Assembly: GCF_004010195.1 (NCBI RefSeq)
Contig: NC_057753.1
Span: 4,019,656 to 4,083,655, forward strand
Direction: 5' to 3'
From: Chiloscyllium plagiosum
Taxonomy: Eukaryota
Length of the DNA: 64,000 bases
Part shown: in pieces, positions 24,011-36,892 of the stretch
Position numbering within the stretch: the first letter of the stretch is position 1
Layout of the letters: every line of letters begins with the position of its first letter
Position numbers and translations under genes: made by a program
Notes under the pieces: model-generated
Databases searched by the model: none
Told to the model about the DNA's origin: nothing
Seen by the model: the letters and a program-made list of their open reading frames with translations, nothing else

Positions 24011-24195
24011 ACTGATGAAGCAGAAGTGCATTACAAAATCAAAGAGGGTGGCGTCCTGCACCCATATGCCTTAAGGTCTGTGGTCCTGTTCAGGCTCATG
24101 GAGACCAGGGCAGAAACTCACTACAGAGGACATGACTTGGAGACGCTGGTGTTGGACTGGGTTGTACAAAGTTAAAAATCACAAAGCGCTCACAA

Positions 24196-24822
24196 CAGAG
24201 GAACCTCGATTATCCCAATCGATATGGGCGGGCGGTGTGTCTTTCTGATAATTAATTATTCGGATAACTGATTTGACCTCAAACAAATGAAGCCACACTG
24301 ATCTAACACTGTGCTCGGCCGGAGAGTTTATTTAAATCTACAATTTTGATGAGTCTGCTATTTAAACAAACTGATGTTTGCATTCTGCAAATTGCAGGTT
24401 AAACTGAGAAGGACTAAACCCTTGCCCATCACATAAATATATGACATTCCAGCATTAAACAAGATCCCGAACAGCTTCTACAATCACGAGAGGATTTGTG
24501 AGTTTCCGCTGAACTTAGGGAGACAGAAGCACCACCTCGCACATGCATTTACTCCCTCTACCGTTTTTCTGTGAACAGCCCGGTAAAGTGACGGGAATAA
24601 AGCACGTACTCTTACAAAGGGCTGTGTAACTAACCCTTACGTAAATAAAAGTCCAGTCGCTGTTGCTTGAGGTGCTTGTGTTCTTCGTTTTGCCAGCGTT
24701 TTCACATGTTCTTCAGTGCAGGTAATCCGAATTCACTTACTTCTTTTATGTCCCGTTTTTATGTCTCGTTTGGATAATCCAAAATTCGGATAATTGATAT
24801 TCAGTTAAGTGGGGTTCTACTG
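24196..24822. mobile_element. pogo/Tigger-like non-autonomous DNA transposon
   Basis: Imperfect TIRs CAGAGGAACCTCGATTATCC / CAGTAGAACCCCACTTAACT; right end followed by TA. Confidence 0.55.
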
Positions 24823-25006
24823 TATTGTGACTCGATGTTATTGCTTGAATCGAGTAATTTCCAACAACAACGGGGAGCATTCTTTGATTGGGAATTAGGA
24901 GGGGGGAGACTTAATAACAACAAATTCGAACCAGACGAAATGATTGTCTTTTCTGATTTTTTTAATCTGGACTGACAGTGATGAATGTTGCAAAATTCCT
25001 TCACAG

Positions 25007-25100
25007 GATATTACATGAGGTTTTGCGTACAAGAACCAGAAACTAAGCATCTCATAAAAACCTGACAGGAAGCAAGCGATTCCACCGTCGGCCTTTGCAA
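25007..25100 (+). other. Candidate non-coding exon of the + ZNF gene
   Basis: TTCCTTCACAG| acceptor and |GTAAGT donor in apparently non-repeat sequence. Confidence 0.4.
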
Positions 25101-25244
25101 GTAAGTGTTGAATTCCTGGTCATAAGCAAGTGCTGCATAAAACTTTTCCTCATGTCTTCCCTGTGGCTGTTTCCTAGAATTTTCAATCCGTGCCCCTTCC
25201 TGTTTTATTATGACCAACCAACAGGAATAACTTTTTCAAAGTTG

Positions 25245-25520
25245 GGGGCGTCGTGGTGGCTCAGTGGTTAGCACTGCTGCCTCACAGCGCCAAGGACTCT
25301 GGTTCAATTCCCGCCTCGGGACGACTATCCGTGTCTGCTCCGGTTTCCTCCCACAGTCCAAAGATGTGCAGGTTAGCTGAATTGGCCATGCTAAATTGCC
25401 CGTAGTGTTAGGTGCATTAGTCGGGGCAAATGTAGGGGAATGGTTCTGGGTGGGTTGCTCTTCAGAGGGTCGGTGTGGAGTTGTTGGGCCAAAGGGCCCG
25501 TTTCCCCGCTGCATAGAATC
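25245..25520 (+). mobile_element. HE1-like SINE
   Basis: tRNA-like head and core. Confidence 0.8.
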
Positions 25521-26109
25521 TTAAAAAAAACTAGTGTGTTAATCTGCAACTGAAATCCCTCATTTCATGAACTTTTGTGGCAAACCTGCTTTGCCCCATC
25601 TCTGTGACCCTCCAATCCCACACGGTGTGCGGTGAGTCCTGATTTGGGCAGACCCTGTGTGTGATGTCATCACGCAGTCACAGTTGCACAGTGACATCAC
25701 CCACTAGTGCGGATTTCCTCAACGGGAAGATTTTTCTCTGATTTCGGTGTTTCTGATATCTTTCCAACTGCAGGCCCCAGCAGGAGATTTTAATATTGAA
25801 TACTGTGGGATTATTTATGTGATGAATGTTTATGAGCATTCATCATCACTTTGAGGTTCCTCCCATTTACCTGTGCTCCTGTTCTGTGGCTGAAGGGTTG
25901 AAGTTGTTCCTTCACTGTCGATCTGAACCCATGACCCTCCGTTGACGTGTGCCTCCTCCCCGATCATCTTACAGCCATTGAATTAACTTCCTCTGTCTCT
26001 AGTAATGCATGTATTTCATCTCTCTTTAGTATTTCACTGTGACTTCGGCTGACAGTGTCTAAGGGAGGCATCCATTGTTGCCTACTCTCAGGCCATGTCT
26101 TGCCAGCTC

Positions 26110-28215
26110 ATAGAGTCATAGCGACGTACAGCACGGAAACAGACCGTCCATGCCGACCAGATATCCCAACCCAATCTAGTCCCACCTGCCAGCACCCGGC
26201 CCATATCCCTCCAAACCCTCCCTATTCATATACCCATCCAGATACCTTTCAAATGTTGCAATTGTACCAGCCTTCACCACTTCCTCTGGCAGCTCATTCC
26301 ATACACATACCACCCTCTGCTTGAAAAAGTTGCCCCTTAGGTCACTTTTATATCTTTCCCTTCTCACCCTAAACCTATGCCCTCTAGTTCTGGACTTCCC
26401 TTACCCCAGGGAAAAGATTTTGTCGATTTACCCTATCCACACTCCTCATGATTTTGTAAACATCTGTAAGGTCATCCCTCAGCCTCCAACGCTCCAGGGA
26501 AAACAGCCCCCAGCCTATTCAGCCTCTCCCTGTAGCTCAAATTTGTTTCAAATAAACCTGTTGGACTATAATCTGTGAGTTACCCTTCTCACCCTAAACC
26601 CACGCCCTCTAGTTCTGGACTCCCTCACCCCAGGGAAAAGACTGCCTGTTTATCCTATCCATGCCCCCCATGATTTTGTAAACCTCTATAAGGTCACCCT
26701 TCAGCCTCCGACGCTCCAGGGAAAACAGCCCCAGCCTATTCAGCCTCTCCCTGTAGCTCAAATCCTCGAAACCTGGCAACATTCTTGTAAATCTTTTCTG
26801 AACCCTTTCAAGTTTTACAACGTCTTTCCAATAGGTAGGAGACCAGAATTGCATGCAATATTCCAACAGTGGCCTAACCAATGTCCTGTACAGCTGCAAC
26901 ATGACCTCCCAACTCCTGTACTCAATACTCTTGACCAATAAAGGAAAGCATACCTATTTACCTGCGCCTCCACTTTCAAGGAGCTATGAACCTGCACTCC
27001 AAGGTCTGTTTGTTCAGCAACACTCCCCTGGACCTTACCATTAAGTGTATAAGTCCTGCTAAGATTTGCTTTCCCAAAATGCAGCACCTCGCCTTTATCT
27101 GAATTAAACTCCATCTGCCAGATCTCAGCCCATTGGCTCATCTGATCAAGACCCTGTTGTGATCAGAGGTTACCTTCTTCGCTGTCCACTACATCTCCAA
27201 TTTTGGTGTCATCTGCAAACTTACTAACTTTACCTCTTATGCTCTCATCCAAATCATTTATATAAATGACACAAAGTAGAGGACCCAGCACCGATCCTTG
27301 TGGCACTCCACTGGTCACAGGCCTCCAGTCTGAAAAATAAACCCTCCACCACCACCCTCTGTCTTCTACCTTTGAGCCAGTTCTGTATCCAAATGGCTAG
27401 TTCTCCCTGTATTCTGTGAGATCTAACCTTGCTAATCAGTCTCCCATGGGGAACCTTGTCGAATGCCTTACTGAAGTCCATATAGATCACATCTACCACT
27501 CTGCCCTCATCAGTTATCTTTGTTACTTCTTCAAAAAACTCAATCAAGTTAGTGAGACTAACAGAGTTCTAGGGTACACCTGATCAGGTCCTGGAGACTT
27601 CCCAGATTTACCACTTTTATGCATTTCAAGACATCCAGCACTTCCTCCTCTGTAATATGGACATTTTTCAAGATGGAACCATCTATTTCCTCACATTCTA
27701 TATCTTACATGTCCTTTTGCACAACAAATACTGATGCAATATACCCGTTTAGTATCTCCCCCATTTTCTGCGGCTCCACACAAAGGCCTTTCATGTCCCC
27801 TCCTTGCTGCTCTTAGCTCTCTATTCAGGTCCTTCCTGGCTACCCTATAACTCTATAGTTCTTGCCTAATACCGTCGAAATTGGCCATTCTCCAGTTTAG
27901 AATTTTAACTTTTAGATCTGGTCTATCCTTTTCCATCACTATGTTACAACTAATAGAATTCTGGTCACTGGCCCCAAAGTGCTCCCCCACTGACACGTCA
28001 GTCACCTGCCCTGCCTTATTCCCCAAGAGTAGGTCAAGTTTTGCATCTTTTCCAATAGGTGCATCCACGTACTGAATCAGAAAAGTTTCTTGTACACATT
28101 TAACAAATTCCTCTCTGTCTAAACTCTTAACACTATGGCAGTCCCAGTCGATGTTTGGAAAGTTAAAATCCCCTAACAGAACTACCCTATTATTCTTACA
28201 GATAACAGAGATCAT
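26110..28215 (-). mobile_element. Composite CR1 LINE fragments
   Basis: GDFNFPNIDW, YMDFSKAFDKVPH, FADD region, LEYCMQFWSP. Confidence 0.9.
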
Positions 28216-28419
28216 CTTCCAATATGATCTTGCACAGTCAGGAAATGCTTCTTTCCTGCACTATAGTCCATTTCTCTTCTACTACTTAAATTAATAATCA
28301 AATTCTACGCTATCTTTATTTTGGCATCAGATATGCAAATCACTTTAAATCTGTTGTTGATCCTTTTACAAATCAGAACAGTTTCTCCCTGCCGAATCAA
28401 TCCAAACCACTCATTGTTT

Positions 28420-29170
28420 TAGAACATAGAACATTCCAGCGCAGTACAGGCCCTTTGACCCTCTATGTTGCACCGACCTGTGGAACCAATCTGAAGCCCA
28501 TCTAACCTACACTATTCCATTCTCGTCCATATGTCTATCCAATGACCATTTAAATGCCCTCAAAGTTGGCGAGTCTACTAATGTTGCAGGCAGCATGTTC
28601 CACGCCCCGACTACTCTCTGAGTAAAGAACTACCTCTAATATCTGTCCTATGTCTATCACCTCTCCATTTAAAGCTGTGACCCCTCATGCTAGCCATCAC
28701 CATCTAAGGAAAAAGGCTCTCCCTGTCCACCCTATCTAACCCTCTGATTACCTTGTATGTCTCAAAGAGGTCACCTCTCAACCTTCTCTCTAACGAAAAC
28801 AGCCTCAAGTCCCTCAGCCTTTCCCCGTAAGACCTTCCCTCCATACCAGGCAACATCCTAGTAAATCTCCTCTGAACCCTTTCCAAAGCTTTCACATCCT
28901 TCCTATAATGCAGTAACCAGAACTGTACACAATATTCCAAGTGTGGCCGCACCAGAGTTTTGTACAGCTGCAGCATGACCTCATGGCTCCGAAACTCAAT
29001 CCCTCTATCAATAAAAGTTAACACATCGTATTCCTTCTTAACAGCCCTATCAACCTGGGTGGCACCTTTCAGTGATCTATACCTGGACACCGAGATTTCT
29101 CTGTTAATCTACACTACCAAGAATCTTAGCATTAGCCCAGTACTTTGCATTCCTGTTACTCCTTCCAAAG
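28420..29170 (-). mobile_element. CR1 LINE 3' fragment
   Basis: [17 protein letters not shown]; (AGAACAT) tail. Confidence 0.9.
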
Positions 29171-29289
29171 TTTTTTTGTCCAGTGTGCTGTACCTTCCTC
29201 TCATGCTGATGGATAAGAGATGCCGAATTATTCATAAGTTGATGATTTAGGAATGTCCAAATGTCACGTGTTCAAAACCAACAAAAATT

Positions 29290-31475
29290 CAAGGTAGCTA
29301 ACTCCTAGGGACCTGATGAAGTGTACCCCAGGACTTCGAGGAAGGGTAGGGATGAAATTGCGGAGTCCATGGTGGAGATATTTGTAACATGGGTGAAGTG
29401 CCCAAAGATTGGAGGTTGGCTAATGTTGTGCTATTGTTTAAGATAGGCTGCAGCGAGAACTACACCGGTGAGCCTAATGTAGTGGTGGCTACGTTGTGAG
29501 AAGGGTTTCTGAGAGACATGATCTGCAGACATTTGGAGAGGCAAGGACTCATTTGGGATCGTCACCATTGCTTTGTGTGTAGGAAATTGTTTCTCACAAA
29601 TTTGATGGAGATTTTTTTTTAATGGATGACCAAGACAGTAGATGATGGTAGTGCGGTAGAACATTGTCTATATGGGCGTTAACAAGGTGCTTGACGGGGA
29701 CTTGCTTGGTGTGTTGTTGACTACGGTTAAATCTCAGGATTCTAGCAGAGCTGGCCATTTGGATACAAAATTGGGTTGAAGCTCGAAGACAGAAGGTGGT
29801 GGTAGAGGGTTGTCTTTCAAACTGGAGACCTGTGACCAGCTGCATCCACTGTTCTTCGTAATTTATACAAATGATTTAGATGTGAATTTAGGGGGTATGG
29901 TTAGTACGTTGGTGGATGACACTAAGATCGGTGGTATAGTGATCGTGCAGAAGGTTATCTGGGAATATAATGAGATCTTGGTCAATTGGGCAAGTGGGTT
30001 GAGGAATGGCAGATGGAATTTAATTTCGATAATACATTATATTGCATTTTGGTAGATCAAACCAGGGCAGGACTTGGACAGTCAATGGCCAGCCCTGGGG
30101 AATGTCATGGAACAAAGAGATCTAGGGGTACATGCTCATAGTTCCTTTAAGTGGAGTCACAGGTAGACAGGATGCTGGAGAAGGCCTTCAGCATGCGTGC
30201 TTTCATTGGGCAGAGCATTGAGTATCGGAGTTGGGACATCTTGTTGCAGCTGTGCAAGAGGTTGGTAAGGTCACGTTTTGGAGTTCTGTGTGCAGTTCTG
30301 GTCATAGAGTCATAGAGATATACAGTACGGAAACAGACCCTTCAGTCCATGCTAACCAGATATCCCAACCCAATCTAGTCCCACCTGCCAGCACACGGCC
30401 CATATCCCTCCACACCCTTCCTATTCATATACCCATCCAAATGCCTCTTAAAAGTTGCAATTGTACCAACCTCCACCACATCCTCTGGCAGCTCATTCCA
30501 TACACGCACCACCCTGTGCATCAAAAAGTTGCCCCTTAGGTCTCTTTTATATCTTTCCCCTCTCACCCTAAACCTATGCCCTCTAGTTCTGGACTCCCTG
30601 ACCCCAGGGAAAAGACTTTGCCTATTTATCCTATCCATGCCCCTCATAATTTTATAAACCTCTATAAGGTCACCCCTCAGCCTCCGAAGCTCCAGGGAAA
30701 ACAGCCCAGCCTATTCAGCCTCTCCCCATAGCTCAAATCCTCCAACCCTGGAAACATCCTTGTAAATCTTTTCTGAACCCTTTCAAGTTTCACAACATCT
30801 TTCCGATAGGAGGGAGACCAGAATTGCACGCAATATTCCAAAAGTGGCCTAACCAATGTCCTGTAGAGCCGCAACATGACCTCCCAACTCCTGTACTCAA
30901 TACTCTGACCAATAAAGGAAAGCATACCAAACACCGTCTTCACTATCCTGTCTACCTGCGACTCCAATTTCAATGGGGCTAGGTCACCCTACTATAGGAA
31001 AGATATTATTAAACGAGAAAGAGTGCACAACAGATGTACGAGGATGCGACCTGAACTGGAGGGTTTGATTTATATGAGAAGCTGGATAGGCTGGGACTAC
31101 TTTCCCTGGAGCGAGGAGACAAAGAGGCGACCTTATTGAGGTCTATAAAATTATTCGAGGCATAGATGAAGTGCTCAGCCAACAGCTGTTTCCCAAGGGA
31201 GGGCATAGGTTTAAGGTGAGAGGAGGAGATACAAAAGGGTCCAGAGGGGCATTTTTTTTTCCCACACAGAAGATGGTGATTGTCTGGAATGGGCTCAGAA
31301 GTGGTGGTGTAGGCAAATAAATTCCCACATGTCAGAGATATTTGGACAGGTACATGATGGAGTAGGATTGGAGGGATATGGACCAAATGAAGGTGAAGGG
31401 GATTGGATGAATTGTGAAAAGTGGGCAGCATAGACAAGTTAGGCCGAATTCCGCACTGTAAAGCTCTATGACTCT
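29290..31475 (+). mobile_element. Old CR1 LINE with a younger antisense CR1 nested at ~30301-30973
   Basis: NDLDVNLGGMVSTLVDDTKIGG; nested copy [15 protein letters not shown]. Confidence 0.8.
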
Positions 31476-31819
31476 ATAATGTTTCAAGGCAGTTCACAAA
31501 AACGTTAGATGGCAATGTACGACACCGGGCCACATAGTTAGGGCAAGTGACCAAACATTTAGTATTATAACAAGGTATGAAGGAACGTTTTAAAGGGGGA
31601 AAGTGAGGTAGAGAAATAGGGAGGTTTGACGTGAAGAATTCAGAACTCGTGGCCTTGACAACAGAGGGAACAAGACTTATAGTGGAGTGATTAATAGCTG
31701 GCCGGCTGTATATTAGGATAGATACATCGAGAGATATCAAGGGACTCAAGAGTATCACAGCAGATGAGGTGAGACAAGGGGGAAGTCAGGTGATGTTACT
31801 GAAGTGGAATTGGGCAATC

Positions 31820-32110
31820 TTAGATTAGACTACCTACAGTGTGGCCCAACAAGTCCACATCGACCCTCTGAAGTGTAACCCACCCAGTCCCATTTCCCTC
31901 TGACTAATGCACCTAACACTCTGGGCGATTTAGCATGGCCAATTCACCCCATGCCTGCACATCTTTGGACTGTGGGAGGAAACCGGAGCACCCGGAGGAA
32001 ACCCATGTGGACACGGGGAGAATGTACAAACTCCACACAGACAGTCGCCCAAGGCGGGAATCGAACCTGGGACCCTGGTGCTGTGAGGCAGCAGTGCTAA
32101 CCACTGAGCT
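31820..32110 (-). mobile_element. HE1-like SINE
   Basis: Core and tail match other copies. Confidence 0.85.
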
Positions 32111-32559
32111 GATAATGGAGATAGATGGTTAGAAGCTCAACTTGGGGCAAAATATTCTCCACTGTGAACAGTCTGGTTCAGCTTCAGACAGTTATCGGGA
32201 GAGAGATGGAATGAATGGAGTTTGTAACAGGGAGTGGGGAAGAATGGTTGCAATCTTTGCAAATATTTAAAAGGAAGAAATTTCTGCTCCCCCAGTGCCT
32301 GATGTTAGACAGGTCAGGACAGTGTGTGACTGGAAGTTGATGGTGTTCATAGATACCTGCTATACCAGTCCTTCTAGGTGTTGGAGTTTGAAGTTTGCGG
32401 AGGTACTGTCAATGTTTATTTAGACACATACAAAATCTCTCTCCTTCACTGTCTGCCTTCTCTATCGCTGTCACCTCCTGTTGCATTGTGTAGGCCGAGA
32501 GTGGTTTGTAGGCTCCCCCCGCTGAAGAACATCAGTGAACCATTTGTCTGTTTTGCAAT

Positions 32560-33720
32560 CATAAGATGTAGGAGTAGATGTTCATCTGTAGCCCGTCTGT
32601 TCTGCTTCAGGCATCAATGTGATCATGTCCTATCTGATAATCCTCAACTCTATTTTTTCTGCCATGTCTAACCTGTCAAGTCCCCTAAGAATCTCGTAGC
32701 TGTCAATAAGGTTGCCCATCATTGGTTGATAATCCAGTGAATACGGGGCCAATTTACTCAACCTCTTGTTGTAAGATAGACCCTCCATACCTGGTCGAGA
32801 ATGTGGTGCTGGAAAAGCACAGCAGGTCAGGCAGCATCCGAGGAGCAGGAGAATCAACATCTTGGGCAAAAGCCATTCATCAGGAAGGGCTTTTTCCCGA
32901 AACATCAATTCTCCTGCTCCTCTGATGCTGCCTGACCCTGCTGCGCTTTTCCAGCACCACGCTGTCGACTCTAGTCTCCAGCATCAGCAGTCCTCAGTTC
33001 CTCCAAACCCAGAATCAGCCGAGCGAACCTTCCTTTGATGACCTCCATTGCCAGTATATCTTGCCTGAGAAAAGAGGCACCAAACTCTTCACAGTATTCC
33101 AACTGTGGTTTGACGAGTGCCTTGCATTATTTTAACAGAAGCTCCACACTTTTATGCTCAACTCCCGTTGACTTCCCTATTACCCACTGAAAGTAGATGC
33201 TAGCTTTTTTTGTGATTCACGAACGAGTCCTCCTAAACAGCTTTCTGCAGACTTTCTCTGTTGAAGTAACATTCATCTCTATTGTTCCTGTCAAATTTCA
33301 AAACCTCACATTTTCCCACAATATATTGCATATGGCAAGACTTTGTCCACTAAATTGACTTGCTTATGTTGCACTTGGGACTCTTTGTGTCAGCCTTAGC
33401 ACTTACTTTCCCAACTACTTTTGTGTCACCTGCAAACTTGGCTGTTGAACACTGACTTTCTTCATTGAAGTCCTTAACGTGAATTGAAAATAGTTCTGGC
33501 CCCCCCCCTAGTACTGATCCCTCTGGCACTCTACTAATTACCGGTTACCATCCTGAAAACTTTCCCCATGTTCCAACGCTGTCTGTCATGGCTTGGTTTG
33601 CCATTCATCGAGCTATGATAATATACCACTTCCAACATCACGAGTTCTTATCTCATTAAATAGCACAGTGTGTCGGATCTGATCAGAAGCATTCTGCAGT
33701 TCAAACATATTACAACCACC
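32560..33720 (-). mobile_element. Old CR1 fragment with nested inverted PLE ends (32795-33000)
   Basis: GMEGLSY..RL..YSL..GNLI.SYEIL.GLDR; FA.DTK region near 33430. Confidence 0.65.
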
Positions 33721-33909
33721 GTTTCCCCTTTCGTGGTCACGCATTCCTAATTTGGGCCCCACAAATAACCAGATTCAGCTTTCGCAATATGTTTTGCATT
33801 GTGGGTCCTTGCTCACTTGATTTACTCTGTTTTAGATCAATTTCACACGGTGTTAGTTGGAGAGGATTTGTGGTTTGGAAACCGAAACCAAACACCACAT
33901 CCGGATCTG

Positions 33910-34584
33910 ATGGAGTCGGACAATTTAGTCGAACCTGCGTACCGTCGGATTTTGAGCATGGAAGGAATAAGCGCCGTTCACAGCGGGGAGAAACCGTACG
34001 TGTGTTCTGTGTGTGGACGAGGCTTCAGCCAGTCGTCTGGCTTAACGAGACATAAATGCAGCCACACTGGGGAGAAACCATGGAAATGTGGGGACTGCGG
34101 GAAGGGGTACCGATCCCCATCAAAGCTAGAAACTCATCGACGCAGTCACACTGGGGAGAGACCATTCACCTGCTCCACCTGTGGGAAGGGGCTAACTCAG
34201 TTATCCAGCCTGCTGGCACACCAACGGGTTCACACCGACGAGAGACCGTTCACCTGCTCAGACTGTGGGAAGGGCTATAAGAGTTCCGGGGACCTGATTT
34301 GCCATCAACGTCTTCACACTGAGGAGAGACCCTTCAGGTGCTCTCACTGTGGGACTGGCTTCAGGCGATCAGCTCATCTCACTGTACACCAGCGGGTTCA
34401 CACCGGCGAGAAACCGTTCGTCTGCTCTGTGTGTGGCAAGGGATTTACTCAGACTTCCACCCTCCTGACACATCAGCTGGTTCACACTGGGGAGAGACCG
34501 TTCACCTGCTCCACCTGTTGGAGAGGATTCACAACCTCATCCCACCTGCTGAGACACCAGCGAGTCCACAAAGAGCAGCAGTGA
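33910..34584 (+). CDS. Tandem C2H2 zinc-finger protein, 7 fingers, no effector domain visible (alternative start 33958)
   Basis: Uninterrupted CxxC-x12-HxxxH repeats with TGEKP/TGERP linkers; splice acceptor TTTTAG| at 33835. Confidence 0.9.
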   Translation: MESDNLVEPAYRRILSMEGISAVHSGEKPYVCSVCGRGFSQSSGLTRHKCSHTGEKPWKCGDCGKGYRSPSKLETHRRSHTGERPFTCSTCGKGLTQLSSLLAHQRVHTDERPFTCSDCGKGYKSSGDLICHQRLHTEERPFRCSHCGTGFRRSAHLTVHQRVHTGEKPFVCSVCGKGFTQTSTLLTHQLVHTGERPFTCSTCWRGFTTSSHLLRHQRVHKEQQ

Positions 34585-35129
34585 TTGGATTGTGCTGTGA
34601 ATCGCATCCAGGACGGACCCATGTTTATCACGGTCTGTGTCAGGTGATGTTACTGAACTTCAGCCCTGTTAAAGGGGTTAATATACTAGATAAAGGCTAA
34701 ATATATCAACCTTGGTGACAGAGTGTCGAGTCTTTTCAATATGTCTAACTACACATTCATTACTTTTGAAGATTCTTCATCTCACTGTCTCCTCCATCCT
34801 CACCACCAACAACAAGTGGATGGATCACCTTTGTCACTATGACTGAGACAGCCTCATCAGTTGCTTCTATTGGTGTCCTCCTGTCCACAGCCAAACTGTG
34901 TTGAAATGAGCTCCTTATCTGCACTGTGAAACCACGTGTTTCACCAGGTTCTTGCTCATTTTCCTTCATTTACTGTCGGGACTGACCTTGTCCATGCGAT
35001 CCACTTCCTCTTCCCTCAGTCCCGTGCTAAATTGCCCATCGTGTGCAGGGTCGGTGGGGTTAGCCATGGGAAACGCAGGGTTACAAGGGTAGGGGGCGTG
35101 GTTTTGGATGGGATGTTTAATAAAGAAGA

Positions 35130-36892
35130 TGGCACGGTGGCTCAGTGGTTAGCGCCGCGGACCCAGCTTCGATTCCAACCTCAGGTGAATGTCTGTGTGG
35201 AGTTTGCATATTCTCCCCGTGTCTGCGTGGGTTTCCTTCCACAATCCAAAGATGTGCAGGTCAGGTGCATTGGCCATGCTGAATTGCCCATAGTGTTTGG
35301 CGCATTAATTAGAGGGAAATGGGACTGGGTGGGTTACTCTTCGGAGGGTCGGTGTGGACTTGTTGGGCCGAAGGGCCTGTTTCCACACTGTAGGGAATCT
35401 AATCTAATCTTGTTGCCCCTGAACTGCTGACACCATCTGCCAAACTGCTCTTGTTCATAGAATCCATACAGTGTGGAAACAGGCCCTTCGGTCCAACAAG
35501 TTCATACCGCCCCTCCAAGGAGTAACCCATCCAGACCCACTCTGTTACCCCTATTACTCGATATTTACCCCTGACCCACACATCCTTGAACACCATGGGC
35601 AATTTAGCTTGGCCAATTCATCCTAACGTGCATGTCTTTGGATCGTGGAAGGAAAGTGGAGCATGGGAGGAGACACTGAGAGAATGTGCAAACTCTTCAC
35701 AGTCACCTGAGGTGGGAATCGAATCCGGGACTCTGGCGTTGTGAGGCAGCAGTGCTAACCACTGAGCTGCCCCTGCTATCCTTTATGGTTGTCTGTCTCA
35801 GGAACAGACCCAAATCCCTTTCCCGCTGCTCTCATCAACCCCTTCTCAAAGTGAAAGCAGAACTTTGGCTTCTTGCATTATAACTGACCTTCATCCCATC
35901 TCAACTTTACTCTTTCTTCTCAGAACATTATGGCTTGTTCCAAATCTGTCCAGTGTTCCCAGAACGCTTACAATCAAAGAGTGTTGCCCCTATCACACGA
36001 GTAAACGTTTTGTGAAGTCAACATTCAATGCTGGTGTAATTGATGAAACTCCACACAGATATTTGCCTGAGGTGAGAATCGAACCCAGGTCTCTGGCACT
36101 GTGAGGTAGCAGCGGTAACCACTGAGCCACTGTGCTGCCCAATGAAGCTAAAGACTTTGCAACCTTCTCCCTAATTCTCCTCCTGCTTTAAGTTATTCAT
36201 TACAACTGACCTCTTTGACCACAAATGTAAATTAGAGGTCCTCACCTGGACATATTTTGCAATGTGGATTTCACCAGTTTCCTCATACCCCCTCCTTCCA
36301 CACCTCTTCACCCAGCCTCATTCCTGATGAAGGGCTTTTGCCCGAAACGTTCATTCACCTGCTCCTCGGATGCTGCCTGACCGGCTGTGCTTTTCCAGCA
36401 CCACACTCTTCAACTCCGATCTCCAGCATCTGCAGTCCTCACTTTCTCCGTTTATTGCCATTACCTTACCATCGCTGAGGATTTAATCTGTAACTTTTAG
36501 CAAACAGCATCATGATAGCACCTTCAGCATACAGAATGCAGCAATTTAGGAAGAGTGATTAATGCTAAAAATAGACACATTTTAGATTAGATTCCCGACA
36601 GTGTGGAAACAGGCCCTTCGACCCAACCAGTCCACACCGACCCTCCGAAGAGTAACCCACCCAGTCCCATTTCCCCCTGACTAATGCTCCTAACACTATG
36701 GGCAATTTAGAATGGCCAATTCACCTGACCAGCACACCTTTGGACTGTGGGACAAAACCAGAGCACCCGGAGGAAACCCACACAGACACGGAAAATGTGC
36801 AAAGTCCACACAGACAGTTGCCCAAGGCTGGAACTGAACCTGGGTCCCTGGTGCAGTGAGACAGCAGTGCTAACCACTGAGCCACTGTGCCA
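35130..36892. mobile_element. Cluster of HE1-like SINEs (35130-35410 +, 35455-35770 -, 36050-36140 -, 36582-36892 -) and a PLE 3' end (36260-36450 +)
   Basis: Match to other copies; hammerhead core at 36324-36351. Confidence 0.8.

Noticed and set aside
23158..24015. Arg/Pro-rich ORFs
   Set aside because: Expected by chance in a GC-rich CpG island
33799..33909. N-terminal ORF-track extensions of the ZNFs (also 47376-47537) as effector domains
   Set aside because: Non-ATG starts; one crosses a splice acceptor; no KRAB, SCAN or BTB resemblance
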